Positions 52,501-63,228 of a stretch of DNA of 64,000 nucleotides are shown here, piece by piece. The notes beneath the pieces are model-generated. The model had not been told where the DNA came from. It did no database searches and saw nothing but the letters and a program-made list of their open reading frames with translations. This stretch comes from Squalus acanthias (lineage: Eukaryota), in NCBI GenBank assembly GCA_030390025.1, contig JASTWF010000034.1, positions 5,394,001-5,458,000 on the forward strand. Direction: 5' to 3'. The stretch's first letter is position 1. Every line of letters begins with the position of its first letter. Both the position numbers and the translations under genes were made by a program.

Positions 52501-55500
52501 CTCTGATCTAAAATTGTGAGTGTGGGAGTCTGAATGGGCTCCTGGTCTCTGATCTAACAGTGTGTGTGTGGGAGTCTGAATGGGTTCCTGGTCTCTGATC
52601 TAACAGTGTGCGTATGGGAGTCAGTGTTGGCTCCTGGTCTCTGATTCAACAGTATGTGCTTGGAAGTCTGAATGAGCTCCTGGTCTCTGATCTAACAGTG
52701 TGTGTGTGGGAGTCAGAATGAGCTCCTGGTCTCTGATCTAACAGTGTCTGTGTGGGAGTCTGATTGTGTCCGTGGTCTCCGATCTAAGAGTTTGTGTATG
52801 GGAGTCTGAATTGGCTCCTGGTCTCTGATCCAAAAGTGTGTGTCTGGGAGTCTGAAATAACTCCTGGTCTCTGATCTAACACTGTGTGTGATAGTCTGAA
52901 TGAGCTCCTTGTCGCTGATCTAACAATGAGTGTCTGGGTTTCTGAATGAGCTCCTGGTCTCTGATCTAACAGTGTGTGTGAGAGTCTGAATGAGCTCCTG
53001 GTCTCTGATCTACCACTGTGTGTGTGGGAGTCTGAATGGGCTCTTGTTCTCTGATCCAACAGTATTTGCTTGAAAGTCTGAATGAGCTCCTGGTCTCTGA
53101 TCTAACAGTGTGTGTGTGGGAGTCAGTATGAGCTCCTGGTCTCTGATCTAACAGTGTGTGTGTGGGAGACAGAATGATCACCTGGTCTCTAATCTAACAG
53201 TATGTGTTTGGGCGTCTGAATGGGTTCCTGGTCCCTGATCAAATAGTATATGTGTGGGCGTCTGAATGGGCTCCTGGTCTCTGATCTAACAGTGTGTGTA
53301 TGGGAGTCTGAATTGGCTCCGGGTCTCTGATCGAACAGTAGGTGCGTGGAAGTCTGAATGAGCTCGTGGTGTCTGATCTAACAGTGAGTGTGTGGTAGTC
53401 GGAATGAGCTCCTGGTCTCTGACCTAACAGTGTGTGTGTAAGAGTCGGAATGAGCTCCTGGTCTCTGATTTAACAGTGTGTGTGTGAGAGTCTGAATGAG
53501 CTCCTGGTCTCTGATCTAATATTGTGTGTGTGGGAGTCAGAATGAGCTCCTGGTCTCTGATCTAACAATGGGTGTCTGGGTGTCTGAATGAGCTCATGGT
53601 CTCTTATCTAACAGTGTGTGTGAGAGTCTGAATGAGCTCCTGGTCTCTGATCTAACAGTGTGTGTGAGAGTCTGAATGAGCTCCTGGTCTCTCATCTAAC
53701 ATTGTGTGTGTTGGAGTCTGAATGGAATCCTAGTCTCTGATCTAACAGTGTGTGTGTGGGACTCTGAATGGGCTCCTGGTCTCTGCTCTAACACTGTGTG
53801 TCTGGGAGTCAGATTGAGCTCCTGGTCTCTGATCTAACAGTGAGTGTGTGGATACCTGAACCGACTCCTGGTCTCTGCTCTAACAGTGTGTTTGTGCGAT
53901 TCTGAATTGTCATCTGGTCTCTGGTCTAACAGTGTTTGTGTGTGAGTCAGAATGATCTCCTGGTCTCTGAACTAACTGTGTTTGTTTTGGAGTCTGAGTG
54001 AGCTCCTGGTATCTGATCCAACAGTGTGTGTATGGAAGTCTGAATTGGCTCCTGGTCTCTGGTACAATAGTATGTGCTTGGAAGTCTGAATGAACTCCTG
54101 GTCTCTGATCTAACAGTTGTGTGTGCGGGAGTCTGAATGAGCTCCTGCTCTCTGATCTATCAGTGTGTGTGTGGGAGTCTGAATGTGCTCCTGGTCTCTG
54201 TTGTAAGAGAGTGTGTGTGGGAGTCTGAATGAGCTCCTGGCCTCTGATCTAACAGTGTGTGTGTGGGAGTCTGAATGGGCTTCTGGTCTCTGATCTGACG
54301 GTGTGTGTGTGGGAGTTTGAATGGGCTCCTTGTCTCTGATCTAACAGTGTGTGTGTGGGAGTCTGAATGAGCTCCTGGTCTCTGATCTAACAGTGTGTGT
54401 GTGTGAGTCTGAATGGGCTCCTGGTCTCTGATCTTACAGTGTGTGTGTGGGAGTCTGAATGGGCTCCTCGTCTCTGATCTAACAATGTGTGTGTGGGAGT
54501 CTGAAACAGCACCTGGTCTCTGATCTAACAGTGTCTGAGTGGGAGTCTGCATGGGCTCCTGGTCTCTGATCTAACAGTGTGATTGCGGGAGTCTGAATGG
54601 GCTACTTGTCACTGATGTAAAAGTGTGTGCGTGGGAGTCTAAATGGGCTCCTGTTCTCTGATCTAACAATGTGTTTGTGGGAGTTTGAATGAGCTCCTGA
54701 TCTCTGATCTAACATTGTGAGTGTTGGAGTCTAAATGGGCTCCTGTTCTCTGATCTAACAATGTGTTTGTGGGAGTTTGAATGAGCTCCTGGTCTCTGAT
54801 CTAACAGTGTGTGTGTGGGAGACAGAATGATCACCTGGTCTCTAATCTAACAGTATGTGTTTGGGCGTCTGAATGGGTTCCTGGTCCCTGATCAAATAGT
54901 ATATGTGTGGGCGTCTGAATGGGCTCCTGGTCTCTGATCTAACAGTGTGTGTATGGGAGTCTGAATTGGCTCCGGGTCTCTGATCGAACAGTAGGTGCGT
55001 GGAAGTCTGAATGAGCTCGTGGTGTCTGATCTAACAGTGAGTGTGTGGTAGTCGGAATGAGCTCCTGGTCTCTGACCTAACAGTGTGTGTGTGAGAGTCG
55101 GAATGAGCTCCTGGTCTCTGATTTAACAGTGTGTGTGTGAGAGTCTGAATGAGCTCCTGGTCTCTGATCTAATATTGTGTGTGTGGGAGTCAGAATGAGC
55201 TCCTGGTCTCTGATCTAACAATGGGTGTCTGGGTGTCTGAATGAGCTCATGGTCTCTTATCTAACAGTGTGTGTGAGAGTCTGAATGAGCTCCTGGTCTC
55301 TGATCTAACAGTGTGTGTGAGAGTCTGAATGAGCTCCTGGTCTCTCATCTAACATTGTGTGTGTTGGAGTCTGAATGGAATCCTAGTCTCTGATCTAACA
55401 GTGTGTGTGTGGGACTCTGAATGGGCTCCTGGTCTCTGCTCTAACACTGTGTGTCTGGGAGTCAGATTGAGCTCCTGGTCTCTGATCTAACAGTGAGTGT

Positions 55501-58500
55501 GTGGATACCTGAACCGACTCCTGGTCTCTGCTCTAACAGTGTGTTTGTGCGATTCTGAATTGTCATCTGGTCTCTGGTCTAACAGTGTTTGTGTGTGAGT
55601 CAGAATGATCTCCTGGTCTCTGAACTAACTGTGTTTGTTTTGGAGTCTGAGTGAGCTCCTGGTATCTGATCCAACAGTGTGTGTATGGAAGTCTGAATTG
55701 GCTCCTGGTCTCTGGTACAATAGTATGTGCTTGGAAGTCTGAATGAACTCCTGGTCTCTGATCTAACAGTTGTGTGTGCGGGAGTCTGAATGAGCTCCTG
55801 CTCTCTGATCTATCAGTGTGTGTGTGGGAGTCTGAATGTGCTCCTGGTCTCTGTTGTAAGAGAGTGTGTGTGGGAGTCTGAATGAGCTCCTGGCCTCTGA
55901 TCTAACAGTGTGTGTGTGGGAGTCTGAATGGGCTTCTGGTCTCTGATCTGACGGTGTGTGTGTGGGAGTTTGAATGGGCTCCTTGTCTCTGATCTAACAG
56001 TGTGTGTGTGGGAGTCTGAATGAGCTCCTGGTCTCTGATCTAACAGTGTGTGTGTGTGAGTCTGAATGGGCTCCTGGTCTCTGATCTTACAGTGTGTGTG
56101 TGGGAGTCTGAATGGGCTCCTCGTCTCTGATCTAACAATGTGTGTGTGGGAGTCTGAAACAGCACCTGGTCTCTGATCTAACAGTGTCTGAGTGGGAGTC
56201 TGCATGGGCTCCTGGTCTCTGATCTAACAGTGTGATTGCGGGAGTCTGAATGGGCTACTTGTCACTGATGTAAAAGTGTGTGCGTGGGAGTCTAAATGGG
56301 CTCCTGTTCTCTGATCTAACAATGTGTTTGTGGGAGTTTGAATGAGCTCCTGATCTCTGATCTAACATTGTGAGTGTTGGAGTCTAAATGGGCTCCTGTT
56401 CTCTGATCTAACAATGTGTTTGTGGGAGTTTGAATGAGCTCCTGGTCTCTGATCTAACAGTGTGTGTGTGGGAGTCTGAATGGGTTCCTGGTCTCTGATC
56501 TAACAGTGTGTGTGTGAGAGACTGAATGGGTTCCTGGTCTCTGATCTAACAGTGTGTGTGTGGGAGTCTGAATGCGTTCCTGGTCTCTGATCTAACAGTG
56601 TGTGTGTGGGAGTCTGAATGGGTTCCTGGTCTCTGATCTAACAGTGTGTGTGTGAGAGACTGAATGGGTTCCTGGTCTCTGATTTAACAGTGTGTGTGTG
56701 AGAGACTGAATGGGTTCCTGGTCTCTGATCTCACAGTGTGTGTTTGGGAGTCTGAGTGGGCTCCTGGTCTCTGATCTAACAGTGTGCGTATGGGAGTCAG
56801 TGTTGGCTCCTGGTCTCTGATTCAACAGTATGTGCTTGGAAGTCTGAATGAGCTCCTGGTCTCTGATCTAACAGTGTGTGTGTGGGAGTCAGAATGAGCT
56901 CCTGGTCTCTGATCTAACAGTGTGTGTCTTGGTGTCTGAATGAGCTCCTGGTCTCTGATCTAACAGTGTGTGTGTGGATGTCTGAATGAGCTCCTGGTGT
57001 CTGATCTAACAGTGTGTGTACGGAAGTCTGAATGGGCTCCTGGTCTCTTGACTAACTGTGTGTGTTTTGGAGTCTGAATGGGCTCCTGGTATCTGATCCA
57101 ACAGTGTGTGTATGGAAGTCTGAATGGGCTCCTGGTCTCTGATCTAACAGTGTGTGTGTGGGAGTCAGAATGAGCTCCTGGTCTCTGATCTAACAATGTG
57201 AGTATGGGAGTCTGTATGGGTTCCTGGTCTCCGATATAACAGTATGTGTTTGGGAGTCTGAATGGGCTCCTGGTCTCTGATCTAACAGTGTGTATGGGAG
57301 ATTGAATGAACTCCTGGTCTCTGATCTAACACTGTGTGTGATAGTCTGAATGAACTCCTGGTGTCTGATTTAACACTGTGTGTGATAGTCTGAATGAGCC
57401 CCTGGTCTCTGATATAATAGTGTGTGTGTGGGAGACTGAATGGGCTCCCGGTCTCTGCTCTAACAGTGTGTTTATGCGATTCTGAATTGTCATCTGGTCA
57501 CTGCTCTAACAGTGTGTGTGTGGGAACTCTAAGGGTTCCTGGTCTCTGATATAACAGTGTGTGTGTGTGAGTCAGAATGAGCTCCTGGTCTCTGAACTAA
57601 CTGTGTGTGTTTTGGAGTCTGAATGGGCTCCTGGTCTCTGATCCAACAGTGTGTGTATGGAAGTCTGAATGGGCTCCTGCTCTCTGATCTAACAGTGTGT
57701 GAGTGGGAGTCAGATTGAGCTCCTGGTCTCTGAACTAACTGTGTGTGTTTTGGAGTCTGACTGAACTCCTGGTCTCTGATCTAACACTGTTTGTCTGGGT
57801 GTCTGAATGAGCTCTTGCTCTCTGATCTAACAGTGTGTGTGGGTGTCTGAATGAGTTCCTGGTCTCTGATCTAACAGTGTGTGTGTGGGTGTCTGAATGA
57901 GCTCCTGATCTCTGATCTAACACTGCGTGTGTGGGTGTCTGAATGAGCTCTTGCTCTCTGATCTAACAGTGTGTGTGGGTGTCTGAATGAGTTCCTGGTC
58001 TCTGATCTAACAGTGTGGGTGTGGGAGTCTGATTGGGCTCCTGGTCTCTGATCTAACACTGTGTGTGTGGGAGTCTGAATGGGCTCCTGGTCTCTGATCT
58101 AACAGTGTGTGTGTGGGAGTCTGAATGAGCTCCTGATCTCTGATCTAACATTGTGTGTGTGGGTGTCTGAATGAGCTCCTGGTCCCTGATCTAACAGTGT
58201 GTGTGTGGGAGTCTGAATGAGCTCCTGATCTCTGATCTAACATTGTGTGTGTGGGTGTCTGAATGGGCTCCTGGTCTCTGATCTAACAGTGTGGGTGTGG
58301 GAGTCTGATTGGCTCGTGGTCTCTGATCCAACAGTGTGTGTCTGGGAGTCTGACTGAACTCCTGGTCTCTGATCTAACACTGTGTGTCTGGGTGTCTGAA
58401 TGAGCTCTTGGTGTCTGATCTGACAGTGTGTGTGAGAGTCTAAAGGCGCTCTAGTTTCTGATCTAACAGTGTGTGTGTGGGAGTCTGAATGAGCTCCTGG

Positions 58501-60650
58501 TCTCTGATCTAATAGTGTGTGTGAGACTCTGAATGTGCTCCTGGTCTCTGATCTAACAGTGTGTGTGTGGGCGTCTGAATGAGCTCCTGGTCTCTGATCT
58601 AATAGTGTGTGTGAGACTCTGAATGTGCTCCTGGTCTCTGATCAAACAGTGTGTGTGTGGGAGTCTGAATGAGCTCCTGGTCTCTGATCTAATAGTGTTT
58701 GTGAGACTCTGAATGTGCTCCTTGTCTCTGATCAAACAGTGTGTGTGTGGGAGTCTGAATGGGATCCTGGTCTCTGATCTAACAGTGTGTGTGTGGATGC
58801 CTGAATCGGCTCCTGGTCTCTGATTTAACAGTGTGTGTCAGAATCTGAATGAGCTCCTGGTCTCAGATCTAACATTGTGTGTCTGGGATTCTGAATGAGC
58901 TCCTGGTCTCTTATCTAACAGTGTGTGTCTGGGAGTCTGAATTGGCTCTTGGTCTCTGATCCAACAGTATTTGCTTGAAAGTCTGAATGAGCTCCTGGTC
59001 TCTGATCTAACAGTGTGTGTGTGGGAGGCTGAATGAGCTCCTGGTCTCTAATCTAACAGTAGGTGCGTTGAAGTCTGAATGAGCTCGTGGTGTCTGATCT
59101 AACAGTGTGTGTATGGGAGTCTGAATTGGCTCCGGGTCTCTGATCCAACAGTAGGTGCGTTGAAGTCTGAATGAGCTCGTGGTGTCTGATCTAACAGTGT
59201 GTGTGGGAATGTGAATGAGCTCCTGGACTCTGATCTAACAGTGTGTGTGTGGGAGTCTGAATGAGCTCCTGGTCTCTGATCTAATAGTGTGTGTGAGACT
59301 CTGAATGTGCTCCTGGTCTCTGATCAAACAGTGTGTGTGTGGGAGTCTGAATGAGCTCCTGGTCTCTGATCTAATAGTGTCTGTGAGACTCTGAATGTGC
59401 TCCTTGTCTCTGATCAAACAGTGTGTGTGTGGGAGTCTGAATGGGATCCTGGTCTCTGATCTAACTGTGTGTGTGGGGGATTCTGAATGGGCTCCTGGGC
59501 TCTGATTTAACAGTGTGTGTGTGGATGCCTGAATCGGCTCCTGGTCTCTGATCTAACAGTGTGTGTGAGTCAGAATGAGCTCCTGGTCTCTGAACTAACT
59601 GTGTGTGTTTTGGAGTCTGAGTGTGCTCCTGGTATCTGATCCAACAGTGTGTGTATGGAAGTCTGAATCGGCTCCTGGCCTCTGGTACAACAGTATGTGC
59701 TTGGAAGTCTGAATGAACTCCTGGTCTCTGATCTAACAGTTGTGTGTGGGAGTCAGAATGAGCTCCTGCTCTCTGATCTAACAGTGTGTGTGTGGGAGAA
59801 TGTATGGGTTCCTGGTCTCCGATCTAACAATATGTGTGTGGGAGTCTGAATGTGCTCCTGGTCTCTGATCTAACAGTGTGTGTGTGGGAGTCTGATTGAG
59901 CTCCTTGTCTCTCATCTAGCAGTATGTGTGTGGGAGTCTGAATGTGCTCCTGGTCTCTGATCTAACAGTGTGTGTCTGGGAGTCTGAATAAACTCCTGGT
60001 CTCTGATCTAACACTGTGTGTGATAGTCTGAATTAACTCCTGGTCTCTGATCTATCAATGAGTGTGTGGGTGTCTGAATGAGCTCTTGGTCTCTGATCTA
60101 ACAGTGTATGTGGCTGCCTGAATGAGCTCCTGGTCTCTGATCTAACATTGATCGCGTAGGAGTCTGAATGAGCTCCTGGTCTCTGATCAAACACTGATCG
60201 CGTAGGAGTCTGAATGAGCTCCTGGTCTCTGATTTAACAGTGTGTGTGTGGGAGACTCCATGGGCTCCTGGTGTCTGATCTAACAGTGTGTGTGTGTGGG
60301 AGTCTGAAATGGCTCTGGGTCTCTGATCCAACAGTAGGTGCGTTGAAGTCTGAATGAGCTCCTGGTGTCTGATCTAACAGTGTGTGGGAATCTGAGTGAG
60401 CTCCTGGTCTCTGATCTAACAGTGTGTGTGTGGGAGTCGGAATGAGCTCCTGGTCTCTGATCTAACAGTGTGTGTCTGGGAGTCTGAATGAACTCCTGGT
60501 CTCTGATCTAACAGTATGTGTGATAGTCTGAAGCAACTCCTAGTTTCTGATGTGACAGTGTGTATGTGGGTGTCTGAATGAACCCCTGGTCTCTGATCTA
60601 ACAGTGTGTGTGTCGGAGACTGATTGGGCTCCTGGTCTCTAATATAACAG
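49561..60650. repeat. Tandem satellite array 'SatB', 46-bp monomer (44-bp variants), about 240 copies
   Basis: Consensus CTCTGATCTAACAGTGTGTGTGTGGGAGTCTGAATG(A/G)GCTCCTGGT. Length variation comes from the internal (GT)n tract. Confidence 0.97.
53128..56433. repeat. Near-perfect 1653-bp tandem duplication within SatB
   Basis: Identical translated ORFs at 54160-54552 and 55813-56205 (offset 1653). The rare variant GACAGAATGATCACCTGG occurs at about 53168 and 54821. Confidence 0.92.
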
Positions 60651-61380
60651 TCCCCGGGGTGTGTCCGATCATGGACTCGGGCGTTTGGCCAGTCCCCGGG
60701 TCTGTGTCCGATCATGGCCTCCGGCGTTTGACCAGTCCCCGGGGTGTTTCCGATCATGGACTCGTGCGTTTTACCAGTCGCCGGGGTGTGTCCGATCATG
60801 GCCTCCGGCGTTTGACCAGTCCCCGGGGTGTGTCGGATCATGGACTCGGGCGTTTGACCAGTGTCCGGAGCTGTGTCCGATCATGGACTCGGGCGTTTCA
60901 CCATACCCGGGGTGCATCCAATCATGGACTCGGCTGTTTGACCAGTCCCCAGAGTGTGTCCGATCATGGAGTCCGGCGTTTGACCAGTCCCCTGTGTGTC
61001 TGATCATGGACTCGGGCGTTTGTCCAGTCCCCTGTGTGTCTGATCATGGACTCGGGCGTTTGACCAGTCCCCTGTGTGTCTGATCATGGACTCGGGCGTT
61101 TGACCAGTCCCCTGTGTGTCTGATCATGGACTCGGGCGTTTGACCAGTCCCCTGTGTGTCTGATCATGGACTCGGGCGTTTGACCAGTCCCCTGTGTGTC
61201 CGATCATGGACTCGGGCGTTTGACCAGTCCCCTGTGTGTCCGATCATGGACTCGGGCGTTTGACCAGTCCCCTGTGTGTCTGATCATGGACTCGGGCGTT
61301 TGACCAATCCTCGGTGTGTCCGATCATGGACTCGGGCGTTTGACCAGTCCCCAGGATGTGTCTGATCATGGACTCAGCCG
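60651..61380 (-). repeat. SatA' block (minus strand), including a 40-bp minisatellite
   Basis: Repeated GATCATGGACTCGGGCGTTTGACCAGTCCCC is the reverse complement of SatA'. Confidence 0.9.
60981..61340 (-). repeat. 40-bp near-perfect minisatellite (TGACCAGTCCCCTGTGTGTCTGATCATGGACTCGGGCGTT) x9
   Basis: Exact 40-bp phase from 60981 to 61340. It is a 2-bp-shorter derivative of SatA'. Confidence 0.92.
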
Positions 61381-61950
61381 TTTGACTTGTCCCAGTGATG
61401 TGTCTGAAGACGGAGCCGTGGGTTTGACCGGTCGTGCTGGTGTGTCCATTCACAGACCCGGGGTTTGACCAGTCCCGGGAGTTTGACCTGTCTCGGGGTT
61501 GTGTCCGATTACGGACACGGGTGTTTGAGCGGTCCCAGTGTATTTGTCCGGTCGCAGGACCTGGGTGTTGGACCGGTCCGAGGAGTGTGTCCGATCATGG
61601 TTCCAGTGGCTGACCAGGCCCGCGGGTTAAACTGGTCCCGGTGGTTTGACCGTTTCCGCGGTGTGTCCGTTCAAGGAACCGGTGGTTTAACTGGACCCAG
61701 GGGTGTTTTCGATCATGGACCCAGGAGTTTGAACAGTCCTGGGGGTTTGACCAGTCACAGGAGTTTCAACGCTCCCAGGGGTGTGTCTGATCACAGACCC
61801 GCAGGTTTGACCGGTCCCAGGAACGGGTCTGATTAGCGACATGCAGGTTTGACCAGTCCCGGGGGTTTGGCGTATACCAGGGTTCTAAGCAGTCCCAGGG
61901 ATGTGACCGATCACAGACCCGGGGGCTTGAACGGTTCCAGGTGATTAAAT
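61381..61950 (-). repeat. Degenerate SatA-derived cassette upstream/entry flank (18-bp modules)
   Basis: The reverse complement contains CACGACCGGTCAAACCCACGGCTCCG...CACATCACTGGGACAAGTCAAA (cf. 9930-9990) and CCATGATCGGACACACTCCTCGGACCGGTCCAACACCCAGGTCC (cf. 9561-9604). Confidence 0.8.
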
Positions 61951-63228
61951 TGTGTGTGTAGGTGTCTGAATGTGCTCCTGCTCTCTGATTTAACAGTGTG
62001 TGTGTGGAAGTCTGAATGGGCGCCTGTTCTCTGATCTAACAGTGTGTTTGTGGGAGTCTGAATGAGTTCCTGGTCTCTGATCTAACAGTGCGTGTGTTGG
62101 AGTCTGAATGGGCTCCTGGTCTCTGATCTAACAGTGTCTTTGTGGGAGTCTGAATGGGCTCCTGGTCTCTGATTTAACAGTGGGTGTGTGGGAGTCTGAA
62201 TTAGCTCCTGATCTCTGTTCTAACATTGTGTGTGTGGGAGTCTGAATTAGCTCATGGTCTCTGATCTAACAGAGTGTGTGTGGGAATCTGAATGGGCTCC
62301 TGGTCTCTGATCTAACAGTGTGTTTGTGGGAGTCTGAATGAGCTCCTTTTCTCTCATCTAACAGTATGTGTGTGGGAGTCTGAATGTGCTCCTGGTCTCT
62401 GATCTAACAGTGTGTGTCTGGGAGTCTGAATAAACTCCTGGTCTCTGATCTAACACTGTGTGTGATAGTCTGAATTAACTCCTGGTCTCTGATCTATCAA
62501 TGACTGTGTGGGTGTCTGAATGAGCTCTTGGTCTCTGATCTAACAGTGTATGTGGCTGCCTGAATGAGCTCCTGGTCTCTGATCTAACATTGATCGCGTA
62601 GGAGTCTGAATGAGCTCCTGGTCTCTGATCTAACACTGATCGCGTAGGAGTCTGAATGAGCTCCTGGTCTCTGATTTAACAGTGTGTGTGTGGGAGACTG
62701 CATGGGCTCCTGGTGTCTGATCTAACAGTGTGTGTGTGTGGGAGTCTGAAATGGCTCCGGGTCTCTGATCCAACAGTAGGTGCGTTGAAGTCTGAATGAG
62801 CTCCTGGTGTCTGATCTAACAGTGTCTGGGAATCTGAGTGAGCTCCTGGTCTCTGATCTAACAGTGTGTGTGTGGGAGTCGGAATGAGCTCCTGGTCTCT
62901 GATCTAACAGTGTGTGTCTGGGAGTCTGAATGAACTCCTGGTCTCTGATCTAACAGTATGTGTGATAGTCTGAATGAGCTCCTGGTCTCTGATCTAACAA
63001 TGTGTGTCTGGGAGTCTGAATGAACTCCTGGTCTCTGATCTAACAGTATGTGTGAGAGTCTGAAGGAGCTCCTAGTTTCTGATCTGACAGTGTGTATGTG
63101 GGTGTCTGAATGAACCCCTGGTCTCTGATCTAACAGTATGTGTGTGGGAGTCTGAATGGGCTCCTTGTCTCTGATCTAACAGTGTGTGTGTCGGAGACTG
63201 ATTGGGCTCCTGGTCTCTGATCTAACAG
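61951..63228. repeat. Second SatB block (46/44-bp monomers)
   Basis: Same consensus as 49561-60650. The portion from about 62300 to 63228 duplicates about 59860-60650. Confidence 0.95.

Noticed and set aside
49561..60650. CRISPR-like appearance (conserved repeat with a weak GGAG...CTCC hairpin)
   Set aside because: There are no unique spacers, since the whole monomer is repeated head-to-tail. There are no cas genes, and the context is eukaryotic satellite.
49947..60841. His/Thr-rich ORFs (HSDSHTHTVRSETRS...) on the minus strand of SatB
   Set aside because: Translation of the (CA)n-containing 46-bp monomer cycling through three frames. There is no Cys/His zinc-finger spacing and stops are frequent.
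49561..63228. Possible satellite-encoded hammerhead ribozyme (CTGAATGAG resembles the CUGANGA core; hammerheads are known in newt and schistosome satellites)
   Set aside because: The motif has an extra base relative to CUGANGA, the consensus has no GAAA core segment, and I cannot form the three required helices in a 46-nt unit. An Infernal search with Rfam hammerhead models would settle it.
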